Below are positions 38,901 through 48,801 of a stretch of 64,000 bases of DNA, piece after piece. The position numbers were made by a program, and so were the translations under genes. Origin of the DNA: a virus (taxonomy: Duplodnaviria > Caudoviricetes); IMG/VR virus record IMGVR_UViG_3300014208_000027, positions 64,001-128,000 of that record; one strand, written 5' to 3'. Each line of letters starts with the position of its first letter. Position 1 is the first letter of the stretch. The notes under the pieces are model-generated. The model ran no database searches. It was not told the origin of the DNA and worked only from the letters and a program-made list of their open reading frames with translations.

Positions 38901-41900
38901 TGAAACTTTCACAAGAGATACAAGACCTACACAATTCTTTTATACCGTAGAAAAGAGCATGTATCAAACCATTTCGGAAGAGATGGTAAAAATGTTTGCT
39001 TCTATTCTAGATTTTAACAATCTTGTTGGTCAACCTGTAAATCGATACCGAGCAGAATATAAAGATCTTGCCAAGTTACGACAATTATTCTTTGAGAGAG
39101 TATCAAATACGCCTGAAGTAGAAAAATATATTGATTACTTCAAATGGATTGATTCTTCTCTTATGAGAATGATTAAGCAGTTAGTACCTGCTTCAGCAGT
39201 TATGTATGATAATGTAGGCGACGTAATTGAAAGTCATATACTGGAACGAAATAAATATCAAACTAAGTTTCCAATTGTGGAATTTAAGCATGTTGATCCT
39301 ATCGAGGGAATGAAAGGAATAAATGAGTTAAAATATGATTGGAAAATTGGTCATGCACCTTTAAACGGGCTACAAAACAATAATTCTCTATACTGGAAGA
39401 AACGAGCCGTTAGAACTGATCCTGTACTATCATCATCTGTAGCTAGTGTAAATGATACTAGAGTAGGAATTTTTAACAACCTTCTTTCAACTTACGAGCG
39501 TCTAAAGACTACACCGTATGTTTTCTCCGGGGAACAAGAAAAAATAGTTGCTGGTGGTGCTAATCAAAGTAATCAAAAATCACCTACGCTACTAAAGAAT
39601 CTTGTTAATACTAAGGGAACATATGCAAGGGTAATTACAAGTTCTTTTGTTGATAATAATGATTATTCTGACCTAGGGCAAAAGAAAAAATACTCTTCTC
39701 AAATAATAAACAGTGCTACTGGAGATACATCTAAAGGAAACATTCTACCTTTCAGTATCTTTAGTTCGTCAGTAACGAGTGGTTATAATACTACTTCAAA
39801 TAACCTAAGCGTTGAAAATTTACACAATGATAGCTATCTTGATGGTGGTGAAGTTCCAATGCAAGGCCCATTTACTGAGCAACATGTAGGTGGACATCAA
39901 TATAGACATAATACTTTAAATACTGCTGGGACTGCTTCACAAGTTGACAGAGTAGAAGGATTTAAACTTTATCCTAATGCTAGTGGATATATGGATATCT
40001 ATAGTGGGGACACTTCTGGAAGTAATTTATATTCTAACCAACTACAAAAAGGTAATTATTTAAGAGATAGTGGAATTAAGAGTCCTGTCAATGTAAGAAA
40101 TATCAAAGGAGCTAACTTTGATAAAAACTACCAAGTAGTACAAACTTCTGGTAGGAAAACAAACAATAAAGCTTTTGTGGTAAGTGGTGGATTTGCTAAT
40201 CTAGTGAGTGCTTCTGCTACTGTAGCTGGAGTAATGGATTATCAATTACCCGATAGAGGTAGAAACGAAAGCGTATTCGTAGAAAGATTTAGTTGCCCTG
40301 GTGGACCCGAAACGGCTGGTGGCCCTAATGGTGGTTTTGGTTTAGATGTGAACTCTGCTGAATACTCTGTTTATAATTCATACAATTATAGAAATTTAAG
40401 AGTTAGAGACGCATTACAAACTTTATTAACAAGACATGCTGGACAGTTTGGAACAGATAGTTTATACGGAAATGTCAATTCAACTTATGAATCATCTGCA
40501 TCCTATCAAAAAACCAATAGAAATACGAGTTATGTCTTTACCTCTCAAAGTAATGGTACATATTTAACTGCTTCAAAATATGATAACTTTTTCATTAGTC
40601 ATGCTATACCCGCTAATGATAGACAGTATAGCTGGATCACTAGTTCTGCAATAACTGTGCCTTTTGGATATGCACTTAATAGTGATGATATAATTTTCAT
40701 TTCTTCAAGTGTAAGTTCATCCGCTACTGGAATAAGTGGAGTAGGAAATTTTGTAGGAGTAATGTCAAGTAGTTTAACTGCAAGTGATGGTTTAGACCTT
40801 AACTTAGTTTTAAATAATCGGGGTGCGGCTGGTAGAGGTTGGCCTTCTTGGAAGCAAATACGTTCGGGGGATACCCAACAAGCAAGAAATAATAGAGCAA
40901 AGAATATAATTGAAGTGCTTGATCCAAGTGCACCTATTACAACGGTTAAAAATGGACAAATGAACACCGTTCAAGCACTTCGATCATATAAAATAAGTTC
41001 ATACTTGGAAGCACCAATAAGTTCAAAATTTGCACCGTTAACTTATAATTTGAAAGTGAATAATGATGGATTAGTAGCACCACTAAGTTTGAAAGTAGCG
41101 TTTGGCAATCAAGTGCATAGTTTTGGCAATATTGAATTGGCTAATAAGTTGGGGATACAAGCAACTACACCTGCCTTATATAGTAGAATGTTGATGAGTT
41201 ATGCTGATGAAAATATTGGAGGTGATAATCAAGTTGATAGTTTCGAAAGTTTAAAATATAGCGAAACTGTATATCCAAGTGATATGTTTTCGTACACTGG
41301 CGATATTAGAAGTAGAAAAAATTATTCTGTAGATTATTGGACACATGCAAGAGAACATAGAAATACGGTAGCAACAAATTCACAAGGATATGTGGTATCC
41401 CAAAGTGTGTGGGGATTAGATGCAAGAAGTAATTTTACTTCTAGTATGCCGCAAACTGGGAGCGTTGGAAGCGAAGGAGAGTTACAGAATCTTTATTCAA
41501 TTTATTTTGCAACTAGCTCAATTGATCCTTGGTTAGCTGGAAATTATGTGAAATCGGTTACAAAATTTGGATATGCTTATGAAGTTGATGGTGTGCCAAC
41601 CGTTAATGCGGCAAACATCACAGATTATAATGACAGATTAGATGCTGGTCCTGCAGGCTACTGGAATTCTTATGTGGGTTATGATGGGACTAACCATTTG
41701 AGCATCTCAACTTGGGTTAATCCTATTCAATTTGTTGGGGCAAGTTTCCCAAATAGGCAACAAATAATAAGTTGGGGCACTGGTTCTATGGGACTGACCT
41801 TAGCAACTGGCTCAAGTGCAACAGATACACAAGTCTTATTCTATACTAGATGGGGCGTAGGAGCGGCTGCACCTGAAGTATATTGGGTCACTCATGGCAC

Positions 41901-44900
41901 ATCACTTTCATACAATAATTGGCATAATATTGTTGCTGTTTTCGATAAGGCGTTAATGTTAACAACTCCAGCCGTGGCAACAAAAATATATATTGATGGA
42001 GCATTGGCTTCAACTTATGGAGCACCAGCCGCCGCATATACTACACAACAAAAAATAGAAGGGGCAAATGCGTACATAGGAAATGATTGGTTATCCAGTG
42101 GTTCACACAGTTCCCCCTTAGAATCATATGTGTCTCACACTGCTATTTTTAGTGGATCACTTACAGCTACTCAAGTTAGTGAAATTTATAATAGCGGCAA
42201 ACCTTCTAGTCTATATCAGCATTCAGCAAGGAACAGTTTAATTAGCTATTGGCTTATGGGAGATGGAGTAGGAACTTTAAGTGGTAGTGGAGTATGTGGA
42301 GTTGTGCCACAATTAAATACTTTTGGTAGCGCCTCATTGATTAGTGATAGTTTAAGTAATACTGGGATTTATTTTGATATGGCTGGTTTGTCGTATCTGC
42401 GAAATACTAGCGATAGAATGAAAAATGAAGATACTTATTATAACAACGGCTCGGCAATAGATCACACTAAAGTTACACCTGGTAAACTAATTTTGAATTC
42501 TTCTTTAACTTCTCCGCTAAAAGGAATTGCTCAAGTTCGTGAGCCTAACTGGAGTGCAAACTTTAAACTTGGTTCTCTTTACGCAAGACCTGAGTATGTT
42601 TATGAGAATGTTACGCCATGGCAAAGAATAAAACTTTCTTCGAGTATTGGTTCTAACCCTTACTTTAGGGAAATTCATATAACTTCAAGTAAAACTTTAG
42701 CAGGATCGGCTGAATTTACTGCCAACCAGGGCAACAATGACCCAATGTTTAATTCATACTCTGAATATGCAAATGATTTGAGAAAGTATCAAGACTATTC
42801 TATTGTTCCAAGTTACAATTCATCGGATAGAATGGATTTCTATCTTAACAGTAAAAATTTTCTTGAGCCGGATGATGAGTTTTTGCAGCTCAAAGGTGGG
42901 ACATATTCTAGCAGTATTGAAAGTGGAATGTTTAAAACATACTCTATGGCAGAATTTTTGCAATACTTTGAAATATTGAAAAACGATCATGCACAATCAG
43001 GTGATGTTAAAACTCTGTCTTTAAAGTGTAAGGCTGCAATAAAATTATTACCTCATGATGGATTTTACCCAAACCAAAGAGTGGTACAATTAGCAGGTTT
43101 GTATTCTTCTAGTTATGGTGATTACGTAAGACCTTACAATCAAGGCGATGCATCATCAATGACGGCTTCTTTCCGTTCCTTCTTAACACCAGTGTGTATG
43201 CCTGGAATTCTAATGAATAGTTTGAAAGCATCTATTGCAACCGATCATCCTATTTGGACAGCACCTCCTAATACTTTTCAAGACTATAAATCAGGTAGAG
43301 GGAATTATTCGCCTACTGCTGATGGATGGCAAGACACGACACTTGCGCTTCTTGCTCCTTCTACATCAATTAGGAACAGGGAAATATTTGGAAGTGCTTA
43401 TAATGCGCAGACAGCTTCTTTCGTATCTTTTACCACGGGAATAGGTGGGTGCCATGTTGAACCAGCTTCTCTAAATTCATCTTCTTTTACAGTTATTGAC
43501 CCACTTGGGAATGATGACGGTATTGAATGGCAAAGTGTTTTGTTTGGGAATGTCAGCGAGAGGATTCCATTTGAAGCATTGGTAGCGCCTGAAAATTATT
43601 TAGCTAAACGTCCACTATATGACATAGAGTGTGATGCTTCTGCTAGTTTAAGGACGGATTTAACAGATCCTTCTACTAACATGGCATCATTTTGGGGAGG
43701 AGAGGGTAAACTAAATTATCGTTTAGCAATGTCGAACTTTTTGGCTTCAGTTCCAGATTTCTTTTTGAGCGAGGGAAAGCTTACTTCTTTTGTTAGTGAT
43801 CCGATTCCCTCTACTGGAGTTGTCATAACAGAAGAAGGAGCAAATTGTTATTATGGAATGGACGTTTCTCTAGCAGGTAGTCAAATTAGAAGTTTGAGTG
43901 ATTGGAATGCGAGAGTCCAACTTCCCGAATTTTCTGTGATAAGTAACTTATTCAATACCGGATTGACTGATGATGACTTAAATAACATTAAGGGTGTTCA
44001 CACGCAAACTTATACTCGTGCGAGTGCTTTTGGTCCACCTCAAGTCGCAGCACTTCCTGTTTTTACTGGCTCTGGAGATGTGTATAGATACCATTATGAT
44101 TATAGTACATTTACACCTAGTCACTTTGATGCGTTTTCTGTAGCCAGGTTATTGTTTTTCCCATATAAAGGCGCTGGAACGTATACGCTTTCTGAAATTC
44201 AAAGTCATACTACGGCAAGTTATATCAGAATGCCAGGAAGTAGAGTTGGAGTTGGAGCTTTATATAAAGTAAATCAATTACTTGAATTACAGACACTTAT
44301 TGCAAATGATAAAAATGTTCTTACTCCGGTATCTTCATCAGGGGCCCCCAGAATTTATGATTTAGCCTCACAGATTCTTACAGCTTCAGGAAATTGGTCT
44401 CAATTATCTTCTAGTATAGATTTATTTGGAGTTTCTAAGGTCAAGAATGCAAGTTTTGATAGAGGAACATCGCAAGAGTATAAAATTTCCTCTGTTTCAA
44501 ACGATAGTCCAAATCCTGACTACCAATGGGTGATTTCTAGTAAGTTTGAATCTCCAGTCTTAAACTTTAAGGATGCTAGTGTTAATCTTCCAACTTATGG
44601 AAGTTCAAGCATTTCTCGTGGTTTATGGCATCAAGCAGGGAGAGAATGTGTAGGAAATGAAGGATTGTGGATGAGTGTTTCTGATTTGCCAAGTTCTCCA
44701 TTAACAACTATTGGATGTGATGAATCTTCTGGAACTTGTTTATGGAATGGTAAAAGTGAAAATGTGATCAATATTGGAAATAAAAACGCTGAAGTAATTC
44801 TCTATGTCAATGACTATACGAAACTAACCGATTATTATTTGTATATTGATGGGACGTGGATGCCCTGCGCTAATGCTCTTGTACCCTCGCTTACACTTTA

Positions 44901-46002
44901 CTATGGTTACGTCGGATGGGAAAACGAAGTAAGCAATTATAAAACTTGTGTCAATATTGCAGCGTGTATAAATGATGTAAACGCTTATGGAATTGGGGGA
45001 ATATACAATAAAAGTTATAATGTTGTAGGTTCTACTGATAAGTTGATTGGTTTAGATAAACGATGCCACGCAGAAGCATTTCTTCCCGATATCCCTTCTG
45101 ACCCATTAAATCCTGTTGCGGCTGTTAGAATTAAAATAATTGATGTTGCAACACCGGACACAAATTACCCTGAATATTACAAATCTGGTAATTTAGGTAA
45201 TTCTTTAACAGTTTCTTGTACTCCTGATAGTAGCGCTTGGGGATTTGAAGGAAAGAGTTTAACTTCGGATAACATTATTGTTGCTTCTGAAGTTAGATTT
45301 CATGGTGGTGTAACTGGGGAATATAAGGTAAAAAGTTTTGCAGATCTTGTGAAGATCAAAAAAGAAAGTAAGCGTATTGGGCAAGTGGCTGAAGAAAAAA
45401 AGATTTATGAGGCAGTGGTGGCAATTCCTTATATTGAAAATAAAGGATATAGAGAGTTTTTCACGATTCCTAGACGACAAGTTGATATTGCATTAGGGAA
45501 AGTGGATGCTGCACCTGGAGAAAGCGTAGGTAAGAGTATAATGGATATGGTTACGAATATGCAAAAGTTCGTTTTCCCACCGCGCTTGGACTTCGTAAAA
45601 AATAGTTCTTTGGACGCATTTTCTATGTATATTTTTCCATTTAGCAAGACTCTGAATAAACAAGACTTGTTGAATATTTTTCAAGGTTTGATGCCAGCCG
45701 CGTCTCTTCAAATGGAGCATCAAGAATTGACGATGGCTCATGATTTAAGTGTAGGAGAATTGTTTAATGGTGATTTCCAAAATTGTCGATGGTTGATTTT
45801 TAAGGTAAAGCAAAAGGCAGCGTGGGATTATTATCAGACAACTCCAACGTCAATAGACGATAACAGATTTGTTTTTGATTTCCGGACTGGGAGAAAGTCT
45901 GCTCCTTCGGTTAGTTATAATTGGCCGTTTAGTGAGTGTGATTTGGTAGAGTTAGTTAAACTTGATGCGGGGATAACTATTGAAGGTAAGAAAAAGATTT
46001 AG
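35923..46002 (+). CDS. Giant (3359 aa) virion/baseplate protein with about three LamG/concanavalin-like domains
   Basis: TVEFWLK..WNHYAF..KVYFNG..SIDEFRFW..Y.FNEG; V.NFRVW...LSNEEI; STWV..WHNIVAVFD..IYIDG..L.A.QV..IY. Confidence 0.7.
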   Translation: MSIKELFNKNKLLAQTSMDALTSSVESAGYVTEFLVDRDRIIPQVDFSDPSQFCKFGSAKKYYVDSIQNIYQNFPFDGSGKEKLEFYNSSSGVDLHVLNQWYPKFTGYAKFSPNGYGSVLTQSDGFSNPATKEYILVHGGPNTGSLGGYLGGNVYDTGSLRVSNLRFGGDYGNTVEFWLKKGAPVLASSAKEVIFDAWNNVSASHAAGSTYGRLLIYVDGQATLGTSCFKVSYVSGSVSVCTDYSLGTVALTASSVLNDTWNHYAFSFKNAGSDLAAKVYFNGALDSSVIISNGAINEVQGVLHGCLGSILTSSGMDHVPPQDLGWGKLSGSIDEFRFWKKERTLGDIGRYWFTQVNGGANSKDGNTSLGVYYKFNEGINSVTDNKVLDYSGRLSHGAFVGYTSANRSLDSAIDTYFSSSSAITEAKDPVVYSFHPDVVSLESEKALTGSLHDLGNSTSLYYSMPSWMIEEDEEKERFNLLNLTQIMGQYFDTLYMQISASVGIRDINYDGLSGSNKPYPFVNKMLQSRGFDTPEIFSNVSTLESLANRSDKLEFEVKLNDTKNVIYQNIYNNLSYIYKSKGTLNSIRNLIRCFGVDDELVRFNIYANNTTHLFNENFRTTSAKKKYVDFNNVDRFYGTVYQYSSSNNANSYSYLTSSGTNLEASGSALTAEANIIFPKKFEQSSPFYFETPFVSSSLFGVHTVKKSAASLYDTSWDSSDTSNFQVYAVKEEIDSKNVYFVLTSSTGGPLPRISSGLITNVYDNNQWTLAVKVHPEKYPIFDAVSGSGGNNFTVEFCGYNTILDTVVNSFSVSSSLTYAQGVAFLDNSKRFYVGAHKNNFTGSNLQGTDVRVGNFRVWLDNLSNEEILHHAYDNLNYGVDSPYRNISLLKNSYVGKEIPKFETLALNWNFELVTGSNASGQFQVVDISSGSSDNLNRYGWLSNVTEKQLEGRGDGFLSNDSKVTNVEYISRAKSSLPETIGDDDMIQILERDDETFTRDTRPTQFFYTVEKSMYQTISEEMVKMFASILDFNNLVGQPVNRYRAEYKDLAKLRQLFFERVSNTPEVEKYIDYFKWIDSSLMRMIKQLVPASAVMYDNVGDVIESHILERNKYQTKFPIVEFKHVDPIEGMKGINELKYDWKIGHAPLNGLQNNNSLYWKKRAVRTDPVLSSSVASVNDTRVGIFNNLLSTYERLKTTPYVFSGEQEKIVAGGANQSNQKSPTLLKNLVNTKGTYARVITSSFVDNNDYSDLGQKKKYSSQIINSATGDTSKGNILPFSIFSSSVTSGYNTTSNNLSVENLHNDSYLDGGEVPMQGPFTEQHVGGHQYRHNTLNTAGTASQVDRVEGFKLYPNASGYMDIYSGDTSGSNLYSNQLQKGNYLRDSGIKSPVNVRNIKGANFDKNYQVVQTSGRKTNNKAFVVSGGFANLVSASATVAGVMDYQLPDRGRNESVFVERFSCPGGPETAGGPNGGFGLDVNSAEYSVYNSYNYRNLRVRDALQTLLTRHAGQFGTDSLYGNVNSTYESSASYQKTNRNTSYVFTSQSNGTYLTASKYDNFFISHAIPANDRQYSWITSSAITVPFGYALNSDDIIFISSSVSSSATGISGVGNFVGVMSSSLTASDGLDLNLVLNNRGAAGRGWPSWKQIRSGDTQQARNNRAKNIIEVLDPSAPITTVKNGQMNTVQALRSYKISSYLEAPISSKFAPLTYNLKVNNDGLVAPLSLKVAFGNQVHSFGNIELANKLGIQATTPALYSRMLMSYADENIGGDNQVDSFESLKYSETVYPSDMFSYTGDIRSRKNYSVDYWTHAREHRNTVATNSQGYVVSQSVWGLDARSNFTSSMPQTGSVGSEGELQNLYSIYFATSSIDPWLAGNYVKSVTKFGYAYEVDGVPTVNAANITDYNDRLDAGPAGYWNSYVGYDGTNHLSISTWVNPIQFVGASFPNRQQIISWGTGSMGLTLATGSSATDTQVLFYTRWGVGAAAPEVYWVTHGTSLSYNNWHNIVAVFDKALMLTTPAVATKIYIDGALASTYGAPAAAYTTQQKIEGANAYIGNDWLSSGSHSSPLESYVSHTAIFSGSLTATQVSEIYNSGKPSSLYQHSARNSLISYWLMGDGVGTLSGSGVCGVVPQLNTFGSASLISDSLSNTGIYFDMAGLSYLRNTSDRMKNEDTYYNNGSAIDHTKVTPGKLILNSSLTSPLKGIAQVREPNWSANFKLGSLYARPEYVYENVTPWQRIKLSSSIGSNPYFREIHITSSKTLAGSAEFTANQGNNDPMFNSYSEYANDLRKYQDYSIVPSYNSSDRMDFYLNSKNFLEPDDEFLQLKGGTYSSSIESGMFKTYSMAEFLQYFEILKNDHAQSGDVKTLSLKCKAAIKLLPHDGFYPNQRVVQLAGLYSSSYGDYVRPYNQGDASSMTASFRSFLTPVCMPGILMNSLKASIATDHPIWTAPPNTFQDYKSGRGNYSPTADGWQDTTLALLAPSTSIRNREIFGSAYNAQTASFVSFTTGIGGCHVEPASLNSSSFTVIDPLGNDDGIEWQSVLFGNVSERIPFEALVAPENYLAKRPLYDIECDASASLRTDLTDPSTNMASFWGGEGKLNYRLAMSNFLASVPDFFLSEGKLTSFVSDPIPSTGVVITEEGANCYYGMDVSLAGSQIRSLSDWNARVQLPEFSVISNLFNTGLTDDDLNNIKGVHTQTYTRASAFGPPQVAALPVFTGSGDVYRYHYDYSTFTPSHFDAFSVARLLFFPYKGAGTYTLSEIQSHTTASYIRMPGSRVGVGALYKVNQLLELQTLIANDKNVLTPVSSSGAPRIYDLASQILTASGNWSQLSSSIDLFGVSKVKNASFDRGTSQEYKISSVSNDSPNPDYQWVISSKFESPVLNFKDASVNLPTYGSSSISRGLWHQAGRECVGNEGLWMSVSDLPSSPLTTIGCDESSGTCLWNGKSENVINIGNKNAEVILYVNDYTKLTDYYLYIDGTWMPCANALVPSLTLYYGYVGWENEVSNYKTCVNIAACINDVNAYGIGGIYNKSYNVVGSTDKLIGLDKRCHAEAFLPDIPSDPLNPVAAVRIKIIDVATPDTNYPEYYKSGNLGNSLTVSCTPDSSAWGFEGKSLTSDNIIVASEVRFHGGVTGEYKVKSFADLVKIKKESKRIGQVAEEKKIYEAVVAIPYIENKGYREFFTIPRRQVDIALGKVDAAPGESVGKSIMDMVTNMQKFVFPPRLDFVKNSSLDAFSMYIFPFSKTLNKQDLLNIFQGLMPAASLQMEHQELTMAHDLSVGELFNGDFQNCRWLIFKVKQKAAWDYYQTTPTSIDDNRFVFDFRTGRKSAPSVSYNWPFSECDLVELVKLDAGITIEGKKKI

Positions 46003-47051
46003 TTTGTAGGTCTTGAAGACTTTACCCACGGGTTTCCGCTGCTAAGCAGAAGCTCTTGCAAAGAACTATCGGGTGTTGGATCACAAGCGTCGCCAAGAAG
46101 ATCTCCATCATAGTTCTTTTGGTCTGGGTTATATGCGTATGGACAGTTGTCATTTGCATTGTTGATTCCATCTTTATCGGTATCATCGACAGTATAACAA
46201 TACTTTTGTCCAGTTCCAGGTCTTGCCCATGTATTACTAAATTGTATCGCATCATCTCGCCAAAATCCGCACTTATCGCTGCCATCAAAGATGATTTTTG
46301 TTAGTTTGGATCCTCCCCATGAATTAGCTGCCAAGAATACCTTTCCGTTATCCTCATAACCCACAATACTTAGACTATGACCTGAACCATGTGGTTTGAT
46401 TACTCGACATTGCAAAGTATTTTTATCTCCATTAACTGGCATCATGTCAGACATTCTATCAATACCTACACGAACTGGCCCGCTGGCTAATAACGCCATT
46501 AAATTGATGCGCTTTTGTTCGGGGATCAGATACATTCCATTCTCACGGTTTATTTTGCTTGCTCCATAGAAGACCATTTCAGACATAGGAGTCATTCCCC
46601 ATTCAGTGGGATATTTTTTCATACAATTATTGCATTCAGATGGTAACCATAAGCCATCAGGAGAATATTTTCTCTCCATGACGCCATATTGCGTGAGGTA
46701 TCCTGCTAATTGGTTTGGATCAAATACTTCTTGTCGGGTACAATTAAAAACATTTTGTGAGGATAATTCTATAGTTGTTAACAGTTTATGATCGATTGAG
46801 TATTGAATCTGAAGTGTTGTGATTTCAGAATATAGGACACAACTTCCACCAATCTGATTTTTTAATGGGGGACAGTAATTTTCATACACACCATCATTAT
46901 TGGTATCAATATGACACCAATTTAAATTTTCTGGAAGGTATGGTTTGTATTCTTCTGGAGAGGGGTTTTCGATAGGTTGTTGTTGAGTTTCTATTCCCCC
47001 ACAAGCAGAAAAGGCCAGTGTTACAAATAGGATTAAGTTTTTCATCATCAT
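45999..47051 (-). CDS. Papain-like (C1A) cysteine peptidase lipoprotein with thrombospondin type-3 repeat
   Basis: Lipobox LAFSAC. Catalytic Q..GSC, HSLSIVGY, NSWG. DTDKDGI.N..DNCP...NPDQ.N.DGD..GDACD. Confidence 0.8.
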   Translation of the reverse strand: MMMKNLILFVTLAFSACGGIETQQQPIENPSPEEYKPYLPENLNWCHIDTNNDGVYENYCPPLKNQIGGSCVLYSEITTLQIQYSIDHKLLTTIELSSQNVFNCTRQEVFDPNQLAGYLTQYGVMERKYSPDGLWLPSECNNCMKKYPTEWGMTPMSEMVFYGASKINRENGMYLIPEQKRINLMALLASGPVRVGIDRMSDMMPVNGDKNTLQCRVIKPHGSGHSLSIVGYEDNGKVFLAANSWGGSKLTKIIFDGSDKCGFWRDDAIQFSNTWARPGTGQKYCYTVDDTDKDGINNANDNCPYAYNPDQKNYDGDLLGDACDPTPDSSLQELLLSSGNPWVKSSRPTN

Positions 47052-47088
47052 CTCTAGTTCAAAAGTTTTTTTGTTGCCTACAAATATA

Positions 47089-47116
47089 AGAATAGCAGGA
47101 AAAGGTGAGGTGTCAA
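47089..47116 (-). promoter_or_regulatory. sigma70-type promoter for the peptidase gene
   Basis: TTGACA-N16-TATTCT with TGc. Confidence 0.7.
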
Positions 47117-47117
47117 C

Positions 47118-48035
47118 CTACCAACCGACATATTCGTATTCATATGGGAAGTTTTCTTCAGGCAGATCATAAATTAATTTGTTACTCTTGCGAATATTTT
47201 CTATTGCTTCTAAAGGTTGCAAATTTTCTAAATTCCAAACTTTCAAGAAATTAGGATGATCCATAGAGTCATATGGATAAAGAGATTGAGGAAAATATTT
47301 ATGGTCTAGTTGCCAAGTTGGTTTATCTTTGTTATAATTTCCATGATTTTCCCAAGACATCCACGGTTCAAATTGAGACTCAAGGTGCGCTTTTAATTCT
47401 TCTATGGTATACGGAAGGCAATCTAAGATAGAACCTCCGTTTTTACTTCCGTTTTGTATTCGGAGAGCGCTATATACTGAAGAAGATATTTTTTTTCTTA
47501 ATCGGAAACATGGGTTTAACTTTTTTTCTTTCTCCCACTCATTTTGTCTAATACGAATTTTTTCTTTATTCTGTTCCCTGTACTTTACGCCGTATAGATA
47601 ATATTTTTCTCTATTTTTCTCTCGTAATTTCTTTTCTGTTTTATTCTTCTTTTCTTTATTGTTTTTTCGATATCTTTTTCGGTACTCTTTAAGGCTTTCT
47701 ATAATATTCTTTTGGTATTTTGTATTCTTAATTGTTGTGCACAAGATGCAATAAGTTGAAATTTTTTCATTACTGATATAGAATTCTTTGGTTTCTTTTA
47801 TTTCTTTACAGTCTGGACATCTCTTGAGGTTTTTTTGTTTTAGTTGTTGTAGTTCAATTGTTTTTTGCGGGTTTGTACTTCTACACATTGCGCAATAACA
47901 TTTTAGCCCATCTTTAGTTTGCTTACTCCTATGGAACTCCCCTATTTCTTTGATTTCCCCACATTTGCTACACTTCTTCTTCCCTTTTTCTAACAGTTTT
48001 TCTTTTTCTTCCCTTTCTTCTTTTGTTAGTGTCAT
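47118..48035 (-). CDS. HNH endonuclease with zinc-finger repeats (putative homing endonuclease)
   Basis: KKCSKCGEIK...EF, RCPDCKEIK. C-terminal L...LE.QF...MSW.N.G..WQLDH...NLQPL...ENI.KSN. Confidence 0.8.
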   Translation of the reverse strand: MTLTKEEREEKEKLLEKGKKKCSKCGEIKEIGEFHRSKQTKDGLKCYCAMCRSTNPQKTIELQQLKQKNLKRCPDCKEIKETKEFYISNEKISTYCILCTTIKNTKYQKNIIESLKEYRKRYRKNNKEKKNKTEKKLREKNREKYYLYGVKYREQNKEKIRIRQNEWEKEKKLNPCFRLRKKISSSVYSALRIQNGSKNGGSILDCLPYTIEELKAHLESQFEPWMSWENHGNYNKDKPTWQLDHKYFPQSLYPYDSMDHPNFLKVWNLENLQPLEAIENIRKSNKLIYDLPEENFPYEYEYVGW

Positions 48036-48037
48036 AT

Positions 48038-48730
48038 CTAAAGTTCTCCTAGTTTTTTATTTATTATAGTTGTGAAAATTTCCAGATATTGTTTTGCTAC
48101 TCCTTCGGTAAATCTTTTCATGCTTGATGAATCTATTATGCATAGTTCGATATTTTTTTCTAAGCAAGCTTGTATTTTTCTATCATCATTAGATTGTATT
48201 TTATCTAACTTATCTTTTCCATATATTGGTTCATAGTGAAAGATTCCGTTAAGTTCAAAAGCCAAGTTTAGACTAGGCATATAAAAATCCAACTCAGAAT
48301 TGATAGTATTCTTCCCGTTGTAAATTATCTCTAAGTTTGGGTAAGTTATTTTTATTTGTTCCTCTAGCCAAATTTCAAGTTTGGAGCGCCTATTTCCAGT
48401 TTGTTTATGAGTATTATTATAAATTGCAGCACAAGAGCTACAGCAGAAGAAGTTGTTTGATTTATTTTTTTTAAGTTCTTTAGGTGTTCTTCTCACATCT
48501 TTGCTACATTGAGCACAAGGCTTTATTATTGCTTCTCCTATATGTTTTCCTCTACAGGTTTGTGAGCAAAACGTAGCAATAGTAGAATTGTTTTTTGCGT
48601 CTTCTAAAGAGCGGATTATATGAGATTTTTTACGGGAGAAAGGTTTAGAACAATGGTCGCAGATTAGTTTTATGTAACTATCGTAGTAATTCAGAAGGAT
48701 TGGATCAATTAAAAAATCTTGTTGTTTCAA
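48038..48730 (-). CDS. Vsr/DUF559-like nuclease with zinc-finger repeats (putative homing endonuclease)
   Basis: C..C..FCS..C repeats, then SKLE...ELDFY.P....FE.NG.FHY...D..K...C. Confidence 0.75.
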   Translation of the reverse strand: MKQQDFLIDPILLNYYDSYIKLICDHCSKPFSRKKSHIIRSLEDAKNNSTIATFCSQTCRGKHIGEAIIKPCAQCSKDVRRTPKELKKNKSNNFFCCSSCAAIYNNTHKQTGNRRSKLEIWLEEQIKITYPNLEIIYNGKNTINSELDFYMPSLNLAFELNGIFHYEPIYGKDKLDKIQSNDDRKIQACLEKNIELCIIDSSSMKRFTEGVAKQYLEIFTTIINKKLGEL

Positions 48731-48767
48731 AGAGACACCTCGTGAGGTTAGCGTGTCTCTTAAATAG
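48730..48767 (-). promoter_or_regulatory. RBS-occluding hairpin overlapped by a late promoter
   Basis: 9-bp inverted repeat AAGAGACAC/GTGTCTCTT (48753-48761 / 48730-48738) covering the SD and first base of TTG. CTATTTA at 48761-48767. Confidence 0.6.
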
Positions 48768-48801
48768 TCTCTAATTCCTCCTTTCTCTTATTATATTTTC
48801 T

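Noticed and set aside
22875-46002. Inteins in the two giant proteins
   Set aside because: No C/S...HN-C/S/T splice motifs or LAGLIDADG blocks were recognised by eye. An HMM scan would be needed to exclude them fully.
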